NCBI GenBank assembly: GCA_012837385.1
Contig: DURH01000020.1
Span: 297,140-361,139 of the forward strand
DNA length: 64,000 nt
Source of the DNA: Bacillota bacterium
GTDB taxonomy: Bacteria > Bacillota > Limnochordia > Darwinibacteriales > Darwinibacteriaceae
Reading direction: 5' to 3'
Positions within the stretch are counted from its first letter, which is position 1. The number at the start of each line of letters is the position of its first letter. Of the stretch, positions 10,128 to 20,287 are shown piece by piece. A program made the position numbers and the translations under genes. Below the pieces are notes generated by a model. That model had not been told where the DNA came from and did not search any database. It saw nothing but the letters and a program-made list of their open reading frames with translations.

Positions 10128-11165
10128 ATGAGCGAGAAGCAAAAGGCTTTAGATAGGGCTATCCTGCAGATTGAAAAACAGTATGGCAAAGGGTCCATTA
10201 TGAAATTAGGCGAGCAGACCAGCTTGGATCTGGCAGTCATTCCAACTGGATCATTGTCGCTGGATATCGCTCTGGGAGTGGGAGGAGTCCCCAGAGGAAG
10301 GATTGTGGAGATCTATGGCCCTGAGTCATCGGGCAAGACTACGCTGGCGCTGCATATTATGGCTGAGGTTCAGAAAACCGGGGGCATTGCCGCCATGGTC
10401 GACGCCGAGCATGCCCTGGATCCCAGTTATGCGAGGGCACTAGGGGTAGATATTGATAATCTCCTTATCTCCCAACCTGATCACGGCGAGCAGGCTTTGG
10501 AGATTGCTGAACATCTAGTACGCAGTGGTGCGGTGGATGTGGTAGTTGTGGACTCAGTGGCTGCCCTTGTGCCGCGAGCCGAAATTGAAGGCGAAATGGG
10601 CGATGCCCATGTGGGCCTGCAGGCTCGTTTGATGTCACAGGCACTGCGCAAGCTGACCGGTGCCATCAGCAAGTCCAACTGCACGGTGATCTTCACCAAT
10701 CAACTGAGAGAAAAAGTGGGCATCATGTTTGGCAATCCAGAAGTTACGCCAGGTGGACGAGCTTTGAAGTTTTACGCTTCCATCAGGCTTGACGTAAGGA
10801 GAGTGGAGCCCCTCAAACAGGGCACCGAGATCGTGGGCAATCGCACCAGGGTGAAGGTGCTGAAGAACAAAGTCGCTCCCCCGTTTAGGGAAGCTGAATT
10901 CGACATCATGTACGGTAAAGGGATTTCTCGCGTCGGCGACATTCTAGACTTGGCTGCAGCTTTGGACATAGTGAACAAGAGCGGTGCTTGGTATTCCTAT
11001 GGAGAGGTGCGTCTCGGACAGGGGAGAGAAAACGCCAAGGACTATCTCACGGAGCATCCAGAATTGGCAGACGAGTTGGAGATGAAGGTTAGGACTGCCA
11101 AGGGCCTGGTCAAAGCTGAAGAAGTCCAGGGGGTAGAGACAGAGAGTGAAAGAGAACAGGGATGA
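10128..11165 (+). CDS. recA: Recombinase RecA
   Basis: [28 protein letters not shown] and Walker [10 protein letters not shown]. Start re-placed from 10038 to the ATG at 10128. Confidence 0.97.
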   Translation: MSEKQKALDRAILQIEKQYGKGSIMKLGEQTSLDLAVIPTGSLSLDIALGVGGVPRGRIVEIYGPESSGKTTLALHIMAEVQKTGGIAAMVDAEHALDPSYARALGVDIDNLLISQPDHGEQALEIAEHLVRSGAVDVVVVDSVAALVPRAEIEGEMGDAHVGLQARLMSQALRKLTGAISKSNCTVIFTNQLREKVGIMFGNPEVTPGGRALKFYASIRLDVRRVEPLKQGTEIVGNRTRVKVLKNKVAPPFREAEFDIMYGKGISRVGDILDLAAALDIVNKSGAWYSYGEVRLGQGRENAKDYLTEHPELADELEMKVRTAKGLVKAEEVQGVETESEREQG

Positions 11166-11625
11166 GGGTGCTAAAGCCGCGGCGCTGCGCCTGCTAACGT
11201 TTAGAGATCGCAGTACCCATGAACTTCGCGTCCGCTTAGAACGCGATTATCCCCCTGAGGAAGTAGAAAAGACCATCGATTACCTACAGGGAATTGGGTA
11301 TTTGGACGATCTTCGTTTTGCCCGTGGTTATGTGCAGTACCGCAATGGCCATCGACCTACAGGCAACTACTTGCTGCGTTTGGAGTTGAGCAGCAAGGGA
11401 GTGAGCGACAGCCATATAGAACAGGTATTGAATGCTCCGGAGTTGGAATATGATCTAGCGTTGGAGCTGGCGGCCAAAAGGTTGGGACGCCTGCAGCGTG
11501 AGGATGCCTTGGGGCGCTGTCGCAAGGTGTACAGACTCCTGCAGCGCAGGGGGTTTCCAGCGGCGGTGGCCCGGAAAGTGATTGGGGAATTGCTTGACAG
11601 GGATCCGGAAAAGGAATACAATTAA
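11146..11625 (+). CDS. recX: Recombination regulator RecX
   Basis: [49 protein letters not shown] is a typical RecX repeat architecture. Lies directly after recA. GTG start. Confidence 0.85.
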   Translation: MKENRDEGAKAAALRLLTFRDRSTHELRVRLERDYPPEEVEKTIDYLQGIGYLDDLRFARGYVQYRNGHRPTGNYLLRLELSSKGVSDSHIEQVLNAPELEYDLALELAAKRLGRLQREDALGRCRKVYRLLQRRGFPAAVARKVIGELLDRDPEKEYN

Positions 11626-11707
11626 ATCGGGTTGTTCGGCTATGCTAGCCCAAGTTATTCGAAAACGAAATGAAAAGTCTGAACTGGAAAATGATGACAA
11701 ACACTGG

Positions 11708-11737
11708 GAAAGCTGAGTTGCGGCTCGGCTTTCTTTT
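11708..11737 (+). terminator. Terminator after recX
   Basis: GAAAGCTGAG-TTGCGG-CTCGGCTTTC (one G-U pair) followed by TTTTC. Confidence 0.6.
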
Positions 11738-11759
11738 CTAAAGGTGTGGAAAGGAGGAG

Positions 11760-13310
11760 GTGAACCGTATCGATTTATTGGTTACATTGATTAAGTATGG
11801 ATTGGTTGCAGCAATCGCCCTGGTGGCTGGCTACTTTGTCCGGAAGATTTCTGCGGAGGCCACTATTCGGTCTGCCGAAGAGGAAGCCCGGAGAATTGTG
11901 CAAGAAGCCGAACGTGATGCGGAAAGCAAGAAGCGTGAGGCGCTGGTGGAAGCCAGGGAAGAGATTCACAGACTTCGTTCTGAAATGGAACGGGAGGCAC
12001 GGGAACGCCGAGCTGAGTTGAATCAGTTTGAGCGGAGAGTGTCACAGAAGGAAGAGATTCTCGACAAGCGCAGTGATTCCCTGGAGCGCAAAGAAGAAGC
12101 TCTGCAGCGAAAGAGTCGCGAAGTTGATCAGCGGCAGAATGAAGTAAACGAGCTTCTGGAGAAACAGCGTCAAGAGCTGGAGAGAATCTCCCGCCTGACC
12201 ACTGACGAAGCTAGAGAACTGATTCTCAAGTCGGTGGAGGAGGAAGTCAAACACGAGACTGCAATTCTAATCCGTGAACTGGAGACTCAAGCACGGGAAG
12301 AGGCTGAGAAGAGAGCCCGTGATATCATTTCTCTCGCGATTCAGCGCACTGCCGTAGATCACGTTGCCGAATCCACTGTTTCAGTGGTGGCGCTTCCCAA
12401 CGATGACATGAAGGGAAGGATCATCGGCCGCGAAGGCAGGAACATTAGAGCTTTAGAGACATTGACAGGTATAGACCTGATCATCGACGACACCCCTGAA
12501 GCGGTGATTTTGTCGGGATTCGATCCTGTGCGCAGGGAGATCGCCCGCATCGCTTTGGAGCGCCTGATTGCAGATGGACGTATCCATCCTGCACGCATTG
12601 AAGAGATGGTGGAAAAGGCGCGCAAAGAAGTGGATGCGATCATTCGCGATGCTGGGGAGCAGGCAACCTTAGATGCCGATGTGCATGGCTTGCATCCGGA
12701 GATTGTCAAGTTGTTGGGAAGACTGCGTTTTCGAACTAGCTATGGCCAAAATGTGTTGAAACACTCCGTTGAAGTGGCTCACTTGGCTGGCATCATGGCT
12801 GCAGAGTTGGGAGTAGATGAACGATTGGCTCGTCGTGCCGGACTGCTTCACGATATCGGCAAGGCCATCGATCATGAAGTTGAAGGGACACATATTCAGA
12901 TTGGGATTGATCTGCTGCGCAGGTACAAAGAAAACGAAGATGTTATTCACGCCATGGCCTGTCACCACGGTGACTTCGAGGCTGAAAGCGTGGAAGCTGT
13001 ATTGGTTACAGCAGCAGACTCGATTTCGGCGGCTAGACCTGGAGCGCGGCGCGAGACTTTGGAAAGCTATATCAAGCGCCTGCAGAAGCTTGAGGAGATC
13101 TCCTCATCTTTTGACGGCGTGGAGAAGTCTTACGCGATTCAGGCAGGCCGTGAGGTGCGGATTATCGTCAAGCCTGATCGTGTCAGCGATGCCACTGCCA
13201 TCCAGTTGAGCCGGGAAATTGTGAAGAAGATTGAGGCCGAACTGGAATACCCCGGTCAGATTAAGGTGACCGTGATTCGTGAGACTCGCGCTGTGGAGTA
13301 CGCAAAATAG
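11760..13310 (+). CDS. rny: Ribonuclease Y (N-terminal TM, coiled coil, KH, HD)
   Basis: KH motif [26 protein letters not shown] and HD region LLHDIGKA. Size 516 aa. Confidence 0.95.
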   Translation: MNRIDLLVTLIKYGLVAAIALVAGYFVRKISAEATIRSAEEEARRIVQEAERDAESKKREALVEAREEIHRLRSEMEREARERRAELNQFERRVSQKEEILDKRSDSLERKEEALQRKSREVDQRQNEVNELLEKQRQELERISRLTTDEARELILKSVEEEVKHETAILIRELETQAREEAEKRARDIISLAIQRTAVDHVAESTVSVVALPNDDMKGRIIGREGRNIRALETLTGIDLIIDDTPEAVILSGFDPVRREIARIALERLIADGRIHPARIEEMVEKARKEVDAIIRDAGEQATLDADVHGLHPEIVKLLGRLRFRTSYGQNVLKHSVEVAHLAGIMAAELGVDERLARRAGLLHDIGKAIDHEVEGTHIQIGIDLLRRYKENEDVIHAMACHHGDFEAESVEAVLVTAADSISAARPGARRETLESYIKRLQKLEEISSSFDGVEKSYAIQAGREVRIIVKPDRVSDATAIQLSREIVKKIEAELEYPGQIKVTVIRETRAVEYAK

Positions 13311-13338
13311 AACCAGGCAGCTGCCTGGTTTTATTTTT
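13311..13338 (+). terminator. Terminator after rny
   Basis: AACCAGGCAGCTGCCTGGTT palindrome followed by TTATTTTT. Confidence 0.8.
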
Positions 13339-13369
13339 CCAGCAAGTGCAGGTAAGATGGAGGAGAGAG

Positions 13370-13876
13370 ATGGAGCGTAATGGCACTCAAGTAGACCTTT
13401 TTATAGCAATTTTAGTTCGCTTTCCGTACATAGGTACCATTCACTGTGATCCCGAGAGTGGGACACTGCGGTTGGTTTTCTTGCTTAGGGAGGCTCACCA
13501 GGATTTTCAGAATTTTGCCCAACGTTTTGAGGCTCATCTCGTGCTTTTTCATCAACTCCGGGATCGGAAGGCGACCGTCGCTTCGCTGAGGAAGACAGAG
13601 AATGCCCAGTTAACCATGGTGGAAGTGATCCGCGATATAGCCAGCATTTCGTTGGTGGAGCTAAAACTGATAGTACAGCTGATTCTCGATTACTATGGAG
13701 ACAGCGTAATCAAAGAGGGGCCTGAAGTACAGGAAGAGGATGCTGTGGAGCAGGAGATGATGATAGAAGCGCTGCTCATGGCAGGTTCCCCCCGTCAGCT
13801 GGAACGCTTAACAGGATTTCGTGAAGACGGCAGAGTATTGGTATTCAGTACTGCCCAGGGGGTGAGCAGGCAGTGA
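13370..13876 (+). CDS. Hypothetical protein inserted between rny and ymdB
   Basis: ATG at 13370 follows GGAGGAGAGAG. Its 3' end overlaps the ymdB start by 4 nt. Acidic C-terminal half. No family recognised. Confidence 0.6.
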   Translation: MERNGTQVDLFIAILVRFPYIGTIHCDPESGTLRLVFLLREAHQDFQNFAQRFEAHLVLFHQLRDRKATVASLRKTENAQLTMVEVIRDIASISLVELKLIVQLILDYYGDSVIKEGPEVQEEDAVEQEMMIEALLMAGSPRQLERLTGFREDGRVLVFSTAQGVSRQ

Positions 13877-14643
13877 ATGTAGTGATGCTTGGTGACGTTT
13901 TCGGCCGTCCAGGCCGGCGCATTGCGGCGCAGTTCTTGCCTGAACTGATCGAAACCTATCAGCCAATCCTGGTTATGGCCAATGGAGAGAATGCCGCGGG
14001 TGGGTTCGGGCTGACCAAGAAGGTCGCCGAAGAACTCTTTGAAATGGGGATTCAGGTGTTAACCAGCGGCAACCACATTTGGGATCAGAAGGAAATGTAC
14101 TCCTTGATCGCTGCTGAACCCCGCATCCTGAGGCCCGCCAATTATCCACCGCAGATTCCTGGGGCGTCAGTGTATATTCATCGCTGCCCTGAGGCGGTAG
14201 TCGCGGTGGTCAATCTCATTGGACGCGTGTTTATGGGTGATTACGATTGTCCCTTCCGCACAGCGGATCAAATTTTGACTGCTCTACCCGAAGATGTGAC
14301 CCATGTTATCGTTGACTTTCACGCCGAGGCTACGTCGGAGAAGATCGCCCTGGCCCGCTACTTGGATGGCAGGATTGCCGCCCTTCTAGGTACCCACACC
14401 CATGTCCAAACTGCCGATGAGCAGCTGCTGCCCAAAGGAACGGCGTACATAACCGATGTGGGTATGTGCGGGCCCATTGACAGCGTATTGGGCGTGGAAC
14501 CAGAGACAGTGATAAACAAGTTTTTGACCCAGCTGCCTACCAGGTTTTCTGTAGCTAAGGGACCAGCTTGTTTATGTGGAGTTGTTGTTTCGTTAAATAA
14601 AACCGGGGGTGCAGAAGGAATTTTCCGCCTGAATCTTCAATAA
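13873..14643 (+). CDS. ymdB: YmdB-family metallophosphoesterase (2',3'-cyclic-nucleotide 2'-phosphodiesterase)
   Basis: VVMLGDVFGRPGRR, ANGENAAGGFG and GNHIWD motifs. Conserved rny-ymdB-spoVS order. Confidence 0.9.
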   Translation: MNVVMLGDVFGRPGRRIAAQFLPELIETYQPILVMANGENAAGGFGLTKKVAEELFEMGIQVLTSGNHIWDQKEMYSLIAAEPRILRPANYPPQIPGASVYIHRCPEAVVAVVNLIGRVFMGDYDCPFRTADQILTALPEDVTHVIVDFHAEATSEKIALARYLDGRIAALLGTHTHVQTADEQLLPKGTAYITDVGMCGPIDSVLGVEPETVINKFLTQLPTRFSVAKGPACLCGVVVSLNKTGGAEGIFRLNLQ

Positions 14644-14741
14644 ATGCTCATAATAGGAGGATTTTCCCAGTATACATCTAATAAGTTAATGGAGGATACC
14701 ACGTAAGTAGTAGCGCTTTCACCTAAGGAGGTCACATTAAC

Positions 14742-15002
14742 ATGGAAGTATTGAAAGTGTCGGCACACTCCACCCCAAACAAGGTCGCCGGTGCGCTTGC
14801 TGGGAAGGTGCGCGAAGAAGGTCGTGCTGAGATTCAGGCTATCGGCGCAGGTGCCTTAAACCAGGCCGTAAAAGCGGTGGCTATTGCCAGAGGTTTTGTG
14901 GCCCCTAGCGGAGTGGATTTGGTGTGCATCCCAGCATTCACTGATGTCGTAATTGACAACGAAGAACGAACCGCGATCAAACTTATTGTGGAACCAAGAT
15001 AG
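14742..15002 (+). CDS. spoVS: Stage V sporulation protein S
   Basis: MEVLKVSAHSTPNKVAGALAGKVREEGRAEIQAIGAGALNQAVKAVAIARGF is near-canonical SpoVS. 86 aa. Confidence 0.95.
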   Translation: MEVLKVSAHSTPNKVAGALAGKVREEGRAEIQAIGAGALNQAVKAVAIARGFVAPSGVDLVCIPAFTDVVIDNEERTAIKLIVEPR

Positions 15003-15097
15003 TAAGATAGTATTGGCGGAGATTTGACATGTCGCAGAAGGCCTGCCCACTTGGGCGGGCTCTTGTTCGTGTAGAACAGACTTTGGGAGGTCTCGCT

Positions 15098-16033
15098 GTG
15101 TTCATTTTTGATGCTCATATTGATACGCTATCGCGCTTGCTTGACACTGGAGAAAGCCTGGAGCAGACTAGCGGACATGTGAACTTGTCCCACCTGAGCC
15201 GAGGTTCAGGCGCTCAGTTTTTCGCTGCGTTTATTGATCCCGCGTACTACCATGGACTGGCCATGCACCGGGCTATGGACATGATTGACCTGTTCTGGCA
15301 GATGCTGGATGCATACTCTGACAACCTTGTTTTTGCCGGGTCAGCAGAGGACATCACCAGAATCAGCAACCAGGGACGCCTGGCCAGCCTGCTGGCCATC
15401 GAGGGCGGGGAGGCTCTCGAGGGGAAGCTTTCCTCGCTGCGGGTCTTTTACCGCTTAGGCGTACGCCTAATCACCCTCACCTGGAATTACCGCAATGACT
15501 TGGCAGCGGGACAGTTCGAGGGGACTGATGGTGGAGGACTCAGCCGCTTTGGCAGGGAAGTGGTGGCAGAAATGAACCGGCTGGGCATGTTGGTAGACGT
15601 ATCTCACCTCAATGAACCGGGGTTTTGGGATGTAGTGCAGCTGAGCAAGGATCCCGTTCTTGCCTCCCATTCCAATGCCCGAACCCTGTGTGATCACCCT
15701 AGAAACCTCACTGACGAACAGATTAGGGCTCTGGCTGAGCGGGGTGGGGTGATCGGAGTGAACTTCTGCCCAGCTTTTTTAGCTAAAAGTGGCCAAGCGT
15801 CTATTGACCATGTTGTAGAGCAGATCACCTACTTGATCAAGGTGGGTGGAGCAGACTGCGTTGCTCTAGGTTCCGATTTTGACGGCATCTACCAGACTCC
15901 CGAAGGCTTGGAAGACTACAGCCGGATCCCTGAGTTGGTGGGGATGCTCCAAGAGATAGGATGCAGCGAAGCCCTCATCGAGAAGGTGATGGGAGGCAAT
16001 CTGCTGAGAATCTGCACAGAAGTCCTTGGTTAA
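15098..16033 (+). CDS. Membrane dipeptidase (peptidase M19)
   Basis: VFIFDAHIDTL start motif plus later DVSHLNE and SHSNARTLCDHPRNLTDEQ. GTG at 15098 sits 8 nt after GGGAGG. Confidence 0.85.
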   Translation: MFIFDAHIDTLSRLLDTGESLEQTSGHVNLSHLSRGSGAQFFAAFIDPAYYHGLAMHRAMDMIDLFWQMLDAYSDNLVFAGSAEDITRISNQGRLASLLAIEGGEALEGKLSSLRVFYRLGVRLITLTWNYRNDLAAGQFEGTDGGGLSRFGREVVAEMNRLGMLVDVSHLNEPGFWDVVQLSKDPVLASHSNARTLCDHPRNLTDEQIRALAERGGVIGVNFCPAFLAKSGQASIDHVVEQITYLIKVGGADCVALGSDFDGIYQTPEGLEDYSRIPELVGMLQEIGCSEALIEKVMGGNLLRICTEVLG

Positions 16034-16077
16034 AATCCTGCAGCGGGGAAATGCTATGGGAAAAAAGGGGGCTCACT

Positions 16078-16290
16078 GTGGGCGGCAACGTTATCAAGGT
16101 GATTGAGCTGGTGGGCGAGTCTGATCTGAGTTGGGAAGATGCAGTCCAGGTGGCTGTGAAAGAGGCCAGCAAAACTATCAGGGGAATCACAGGTGTAGAG
16201 GTGGTTAACTGGACGGGTAAAGTGGATCCCCAGGGAGATCTGGTGGGTTACCGTGCCAATGTGCAGGTAGCATTTGAAGTGGAAAACTAA
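16078..16290 (+). CDS. Dodecin-family flavin-binding protein
   Basis: About 70 aa, VIKVIELVGESDLSWEDAVQVAVKEASKTIRGITGVEVV is dodecin-like. GTG at 16078 follows AAGGGGG. The ORF-track start at 15961 overlaps the dipeptidase gene. Confidence 0.75.
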   Translation: MGGNVIKVIELVGESDLSWEDAVQVAVKEASKTIRGITGVEVVNWTGKVDPQGDLVGYRANVQVAFEVEN

Positions 16291-16302
16291 TGGGTACTGA
16301 AG

Positions 16303-16329
16303 CGGCTTAGGATAACTAAGCCGTTTTTT
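16303..16329 (+). terminator. Terminator after the dodecin gene
   Basis: CGGCTTAG-GATAA-CTAAGCCG followed by T6. Confidence 0.8.
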
Positions 16330-16371
16330 GGTTACACTATATCCAGCAAATCTAGAAGTGGGTGACTTGAG

Positions 16372-16704
16372 ATGGATTGGATGGGTGCTGTAATACGCTT
16401 TATCGTCTCTGCTTTGGTGCTCATGTTAGTGGGCTTTCTGCTGCCTGGGTTCAAGGCTCTATCCTTTTTCCACGCCTTATTCGCAGCGATAGTGATCGCT
16501 GTCTTGGGCTGGGTGGTTGAGAGCCTGCTAGGTCGGAATGTCTCTCCCTATGGTAGAGGAGTGGTGGGATTTTTGGTTTCAGCCGTGATCATTTGGGCTG
16601 CGCAGTTCATCGTCCCTGCCATGGAGGTTTCAGTGCTTGGCGCGCTGCTGGCCGCTTTTGTGATAGGCATTATTGATCTGTTCGTGCCCACAACCATACG
16701 TTGA
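16372..16704 (+). CDS. Small 4-TM membrane protein (DUF360/holin-4-like; family uncertain)
   Basis: 110-aa hydrophobic ORF. Its own terminator-like hairpin follows at 16724-16764. Confidence 0.6.
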   Translation: MDWMGAVIRFIVSALVLMLVGFLLPGFKALSFFHALFAAIVIAVLGWVVESLLGRNVSPYGRGVVGFLVSAVIIWAAQFIVPAMEVSVLGALLAAFVIGIIDLFVPTTIR

Positions 16705-16779
16705 GCCAGTGGTCAATCAGTTTCGCCCCGTAGAGTTCCGCTCTGATCAGGGGCGGCTTTTTTTGCAGGGAGTGAGGGT

Positions 16780-18258
16780 ATGAACAGTGATCGCTTCTCT
16801 GTCTCTAAGAAGCTAGAGGATAATCTGGCCGTACTCGAAGCCGAGCTCGGTTACGGAGTTACCTTTGATTTGGTGTTCCGTAGGTTTAAGGTGGCACACA
16901 AGCAATCCTGCCTGGTTTTCTTTGACGGCTTTGTCAACGATGAAGCGGTGATTCACATCATGCGCGCCCTGCAGGGAATCCCGCGCTTAGGCGTGACCTT
17001 GACCGCACTAAAGCAGGACCTTAGGGATGGCATTCCCTTCTTTGAAATGAGCACCGCAGATGACCTAGAGGCCGCCATGGATCAGCTGCTGTCAGGTGCC
17101 ATGCTGCTGCTCATCGATGGACTGGAAGAGGTCACTGTCTTCGACGTGCGGCAGTATGTGGTCAGGGGCTCAACTGAACCCAGCCTGGAAAAGGTGACCC
17201 GGGGTTCCCGTGACGGCTTTGTGGAGACCGCTCTGTTCAACATCAACCTCATTCGCAGGAGGGTTCGTGACCCAAATTTGCGCTTCGAGGCGCTGCAGGT
17301 GGGACGCCGCTCCAAAACCGATGTCATGATCGGGTATATCAACGAGCTGGCCGATCCCAGCTTGGTGCAGGAAGTGAAGGCGCGCATTGAAGCTATTGAC
17401 CGGGACGCCATCCCCATGGGAGGCAAGAACCTGGAAGAGTACATCTTGGGTACGGTGTTTAACCCCCTGCCCGTGACCCGCTATACGGAACGCCCTGACG
17501 TGGCAGCGGCGCATCTCTTGGAAGGACATGTGGTGATAGTGGTTGATACCACACCTTTCGCTTTGATCGTCCCGGTGACGCTCTGGCATTTTACTCAGCA
17601 TGCAGAGGAATACTTCCAGAACCCGCCTGTTGGCACCTACCTGCGCTGGATCCGCACTGCCGGAATCATTGGCTCCCTGGTGCTGCTGCCCTTGTGGTAC
17701 ACTTTGGCGGTAAGCCGCAACCTGCCGCCTTGGATCGATTTCATCGGCCCTAAGGATCCTGGCCGCCTAGCTCTCTGGCTGCAGCTCCTCATGCTTGAAA
17801 TCGGCCTGGATCTTATTCGCATGGCTTTGATTCATACTCCCGACGCCCTTGCCACCTCCCTAGGTATTGTGGGCGCCATTATCCTGGGAGATTTAGCGGT
17901 GTCCATCGGCCTGTTCACTGGCGAAGCCATCCTGTATACAGCCATTACCGCCATCTGCAGTTTTGCAACGCCCAGCATTGAGCTGAGCAACGCCCTGCGT
18001 CTCTTCCGCTATGTACTGTTCTTCGGTGCCGTTGTCGCTGGTTGGTGGGGGTTGGGTGCAGCCCTTTTGGTTGTCCTGCCCACGATAGGGCTTACTAAGT
18101 CCTTCGGTATACCATATCTCTGGCCGCTGGTTCCTTTCGATGGCCCCGCACTGCTCAGGGTACTATTCCGCTATCCTATTCCACAGGTGGCTGTCCGTCC
18201 ACGCCTCACCCAACCGCAGGATCTGCGAGCTCAACAACGGGATCAGCGTAGGAGGTAA
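16780..18258 (+). CDS. spoVAF: GerA-family germination protein A-subunit paralog, SpoVAF-like
   Basis: 492 aa. Soluble N-terminal domain (VFFDGFVNDE..., TEPSLEKVTRGSRDGFVE) and a C-terminal 5-TM region typical of the GerAA/SpoVAF family. No adjacent B or C germinant-receptor subunits. Confidence 0.8.
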   Translation: MNSDRFSVSKKLEDNLAVLEAELGYGVTFDLVFRRFKVAHKQSCLVFFDGFVNDEAVIHIMRALQGIPRLGVTLTALKQDLRDGIPFFEMSTADDLEAAMDQLLSGAMLLLIDGLEEVTVFDVRQYVVRGSTEPSLEKVTRGSRDGFVETALFNINLIRRRVRDPNLRFEALQVGRRSKTDVMIGYINELADPSLVQEVKARIEAIDRDAIPMGGKNLEEYILGTVFNPLPVTRYTERPDVAAAHLLEGHVVIVVDTTPFALIVPVTLWHFTQHAEEYFQNPPVGTYLRWIRTAGIIGSLVLLPLWYTLAVSRNLPPWIDFIGPKDPGRLALWLQLLMLEIGLDLIRMALIHTPDALATSLGIVGAIILGDLAVSIGLFTGEAILYTAITAICSFATPSIELSNALRLFRYVLFFGAVVAGWWGLGAALLVVLPTIGLTKSFGIPYLWPLVPFDGPALLRVLFRYPIPQVAVRPRLTQPQDLRAQQRDQRRR

Positions 18259-18260
18259 CT

Positions 18261-19175
18261 GTGAACTGCAAAATCGGCATTCCTCGGGCCCTTTATTACT
18301 TCCATTTTTTCCCTCTCTGGGAGACTTTCCTGGCGGAACTGGGTTTTGAGCCAGTGGTTTCTCCCCCTACCAATCAGGATATCTTACAGCGGGGGCTGAG
18401 CACTTGTGTGGAGAGTGCCTGCCTGCCGCTGAAAGCATTTGTTGGTCACGCGACTTTCCTTGTGGAACAGGGCCTAGACCTCCTCTTTGTGCCACAGGTG
18501 ATCAGTGTCTTTCGCAAAGAGTATACCTGCCCTTATCTTTTGGGGCTGCCCGATTTGGTGCGTTCCTACCTTCCCGCCACTGTGCGCCTATTCTCTCCAG
18601 TCCTCGATGCCCGCAGGGGAAAAGGGCAGCCCACCTTCAGCTATCTGCGTTTCGGGCTGCAGTTCAAGCCGCCTCTGCAGGCGTTTAAGGCGTGGCGGCG
18701 CGCCAAGGCTGTCCAAGATGAGCTGGAGAAGGCCCAGCAGAACACCAACTCCCTTCCAGGGGGGCTGAACATCCTGCTCTTAGGGCCGCGTTATCTCACC
18801 GATGATGCTTATCTCAACGGGAATCTCCTGCGCAAACTGGAAGAGCTGGGGACAGGTGTGATCACGGCCGCAGCATATCCAGATGCCATAACGTGGCCAG
18901 CAGCTCGTTTTCTAGCCAAACCTCCTTATTGGACCAGCACCCGCAGGGCAGTGGGGGCTTTGGAGCAGGCCATAAACAGAATTGATGGAGTCTTGAGCAT
19001 CGCTCCATTCGGCTGTGGAGCCCACGCCATGCAGGGTGTTCTGGTAGGCAGCAGGATCTCTGGCAGCAAAGCCGCCCATTTGCAGATCTACCTTGATGAG
19101 CACACCAGCCCGGTGGGTTTGGTTACCCGCTTGGAAGCCTTCTGCGATCTGTTGGAAAGGAAAATGAGTGGATGA
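18261..19175 (+). CDS. Acyl-CoA dehydratase activase-related protein (DUF2229-like), subunit 1
   Basis: MNCKIGIPRALYYFHFFPLWETFLAELGF matches my recollection of the DUF2229 N-terminus. GTG sits 5 nt after GGAGGT and 3 nt after the spoVAF-like stop. Confidence 0.7.
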   Translation: MNCKIGIPRALYYFHFFPLWETFLAELGFEPVVSPPTNQDILQRGLSTCVESACLPLKAFVGHATFLVEQGLDLLFVPQVISVFRKEYTCPYLLGLPDLVRSYLPATVRLFSPVLDARRGKGQPTFSYLRFGLQFKPPLQAFKAWRRAKAVQDELEKAQQNTNSLPGGLNILLLGPRYLTDDAYLNGNLLRKLEELGTGVITAAAYPDAITWPAARFLAKPPYWTSTRRAVGALEQAINRIDGVLSIAPFGCGAHAMQGVLVGSRISGSKAAHLQIYLDEHTSPVGLVTRLEAFCDLLERKMSG

Positions 19176-20287
19176 AGGTTACTTTTCCCCATCTTGGAAA
19201 CGCCTACATCGCCATTGAGGCCTTGTTGCGGGGTTTGGGACATGAACCTATCGCGCCGCCTCCTACCACGCGGCACACTTTGGAGCTGGGCAGTCTGCAC
19301 AGTCCAGGTGAGCTTTGTCTCCCCTTCAAAATCGTGTTAGGGAACATGCTGGAAGGTCTTGAGTTGGGAGCAGACAGTGTGCTTATGATCGGGGGGTGGG
19401 GACCCTGTCGCCTAGGTTACTATGGGGAGATCCAAAGGATCCTCCTGGAAGCCTTGGGGAAACGGGTGGAATTCATTACTCTGGAAGTGCCCAGAGGTAG
19501 TTACGCCACATATTTCCAGAGATTTCGCAAACTGGCCGCAGCTCGCAGTGCAAAAGCTCTGCTGCATGGGGCGCGCCTCAGCTGGGCCAAACTGACGGCC
19601 TTGGAGGGTCTTGAAGAGCTGGCTCTCAAGGCCCGTCCTCGGGAGCAGATCTCCGGGGCAGCCTCCAGGTATCTCCAAGAACAGCTTGCCAGGTTGAGGG
19701 AGGCCGAAACTGTTCATGAAGTGCAGCAGATCGTAGAGGAGGCTGAGGTGGGATTTAGGGCTATCATGGGGCCAGAACGTGCCCATCTGCTGAGGGTGGG
19801 TTTGCTGGGGGAGATCTATACTGTGGTGGAATCATTTGCCAATCTCGGTGTGGAAGAACGCTTAGGCGAACTGGGTGTGGAAGTGGTTAGGACTATCAGC
19901 CTTCGGGAGTGGGTTGAGAACCACATCTTTAGAAAGGCACTGGGCTTGTACAGCTTACGCCCCCTACGTCGTTTGGCCTCAGGGTATTTATCAGGGTTTA
20001 TCGGCGGTCATGGCCTGGAGAGCGTTGCAAGAAGCGTGGCCCTGGCGAGGCAGAACCTGGACGGCATTGTACACATTCTGCCCCTATCTTGCATGCCAGA
20101 AATTGTGGCTAGGGGCATTCTTCCGCGCCTGAGCAAGGATGAGCAGATACCCATCCTTTCGTTGGTGGTGGATGAACATATGGGTGAGTCTGGATTTCAG
20201 ACAAGGCTGGAGGCCTTTGTGGACCTGCTGCAAAGGAGAGTGGATGCGCTTGGCAAGCAAAGGTCGGCCTGTTTATCTGGGAATTGA
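19172..20287 (+). CDS. Acyl-CoA dehydratase activase-related protein (DUF2229-like), subunit 2
   Basis: MKVTFPHLGNAYIAIEALLRGLGHEPIAPPP...ELCLPFK...GWGPCRLGYY. 4-nt overlap with the upstream gene. Confidence 0.7.
   Translation: MKVTFPHLGNAYIAIEALLRGLGHEPIAPPPTTRHTLELGSLHSPGELCLPFKIVLGNMLEGLELGADSVLMIGGWGPCRLGYYGEIQRILLEALGKRVEFITLEVPRGSYATYFQRFRKLAAARSAKALLHGARLSWAKLTALEGLEELALKARPREQISGAASRYLQEQLARLREAETVHEVQQIVEEAEVGFRAIMGPERAHLLRVGLLGEIYTVVESFANLGVEERLGELGVEVVRTISLREWVENHIFRKALGLYSLRPLRRLASGYLSGFIGGHGLESVARSVALARQNLDGIVHILPLSCMPEIVARGILPRLSKDEQIPILSLVVDEHMGESGFQTRLEAFVDLLQRRVDALGKQRSACLSGN

Noticed and set aside
11640-11710. 23-codon ORF MKSLNWKMMTNTGKAELRLGFLF in the recX-rny spacer.
   Set aside because: It has no SD upstream, and it overlaps the recX terminator hairpin.
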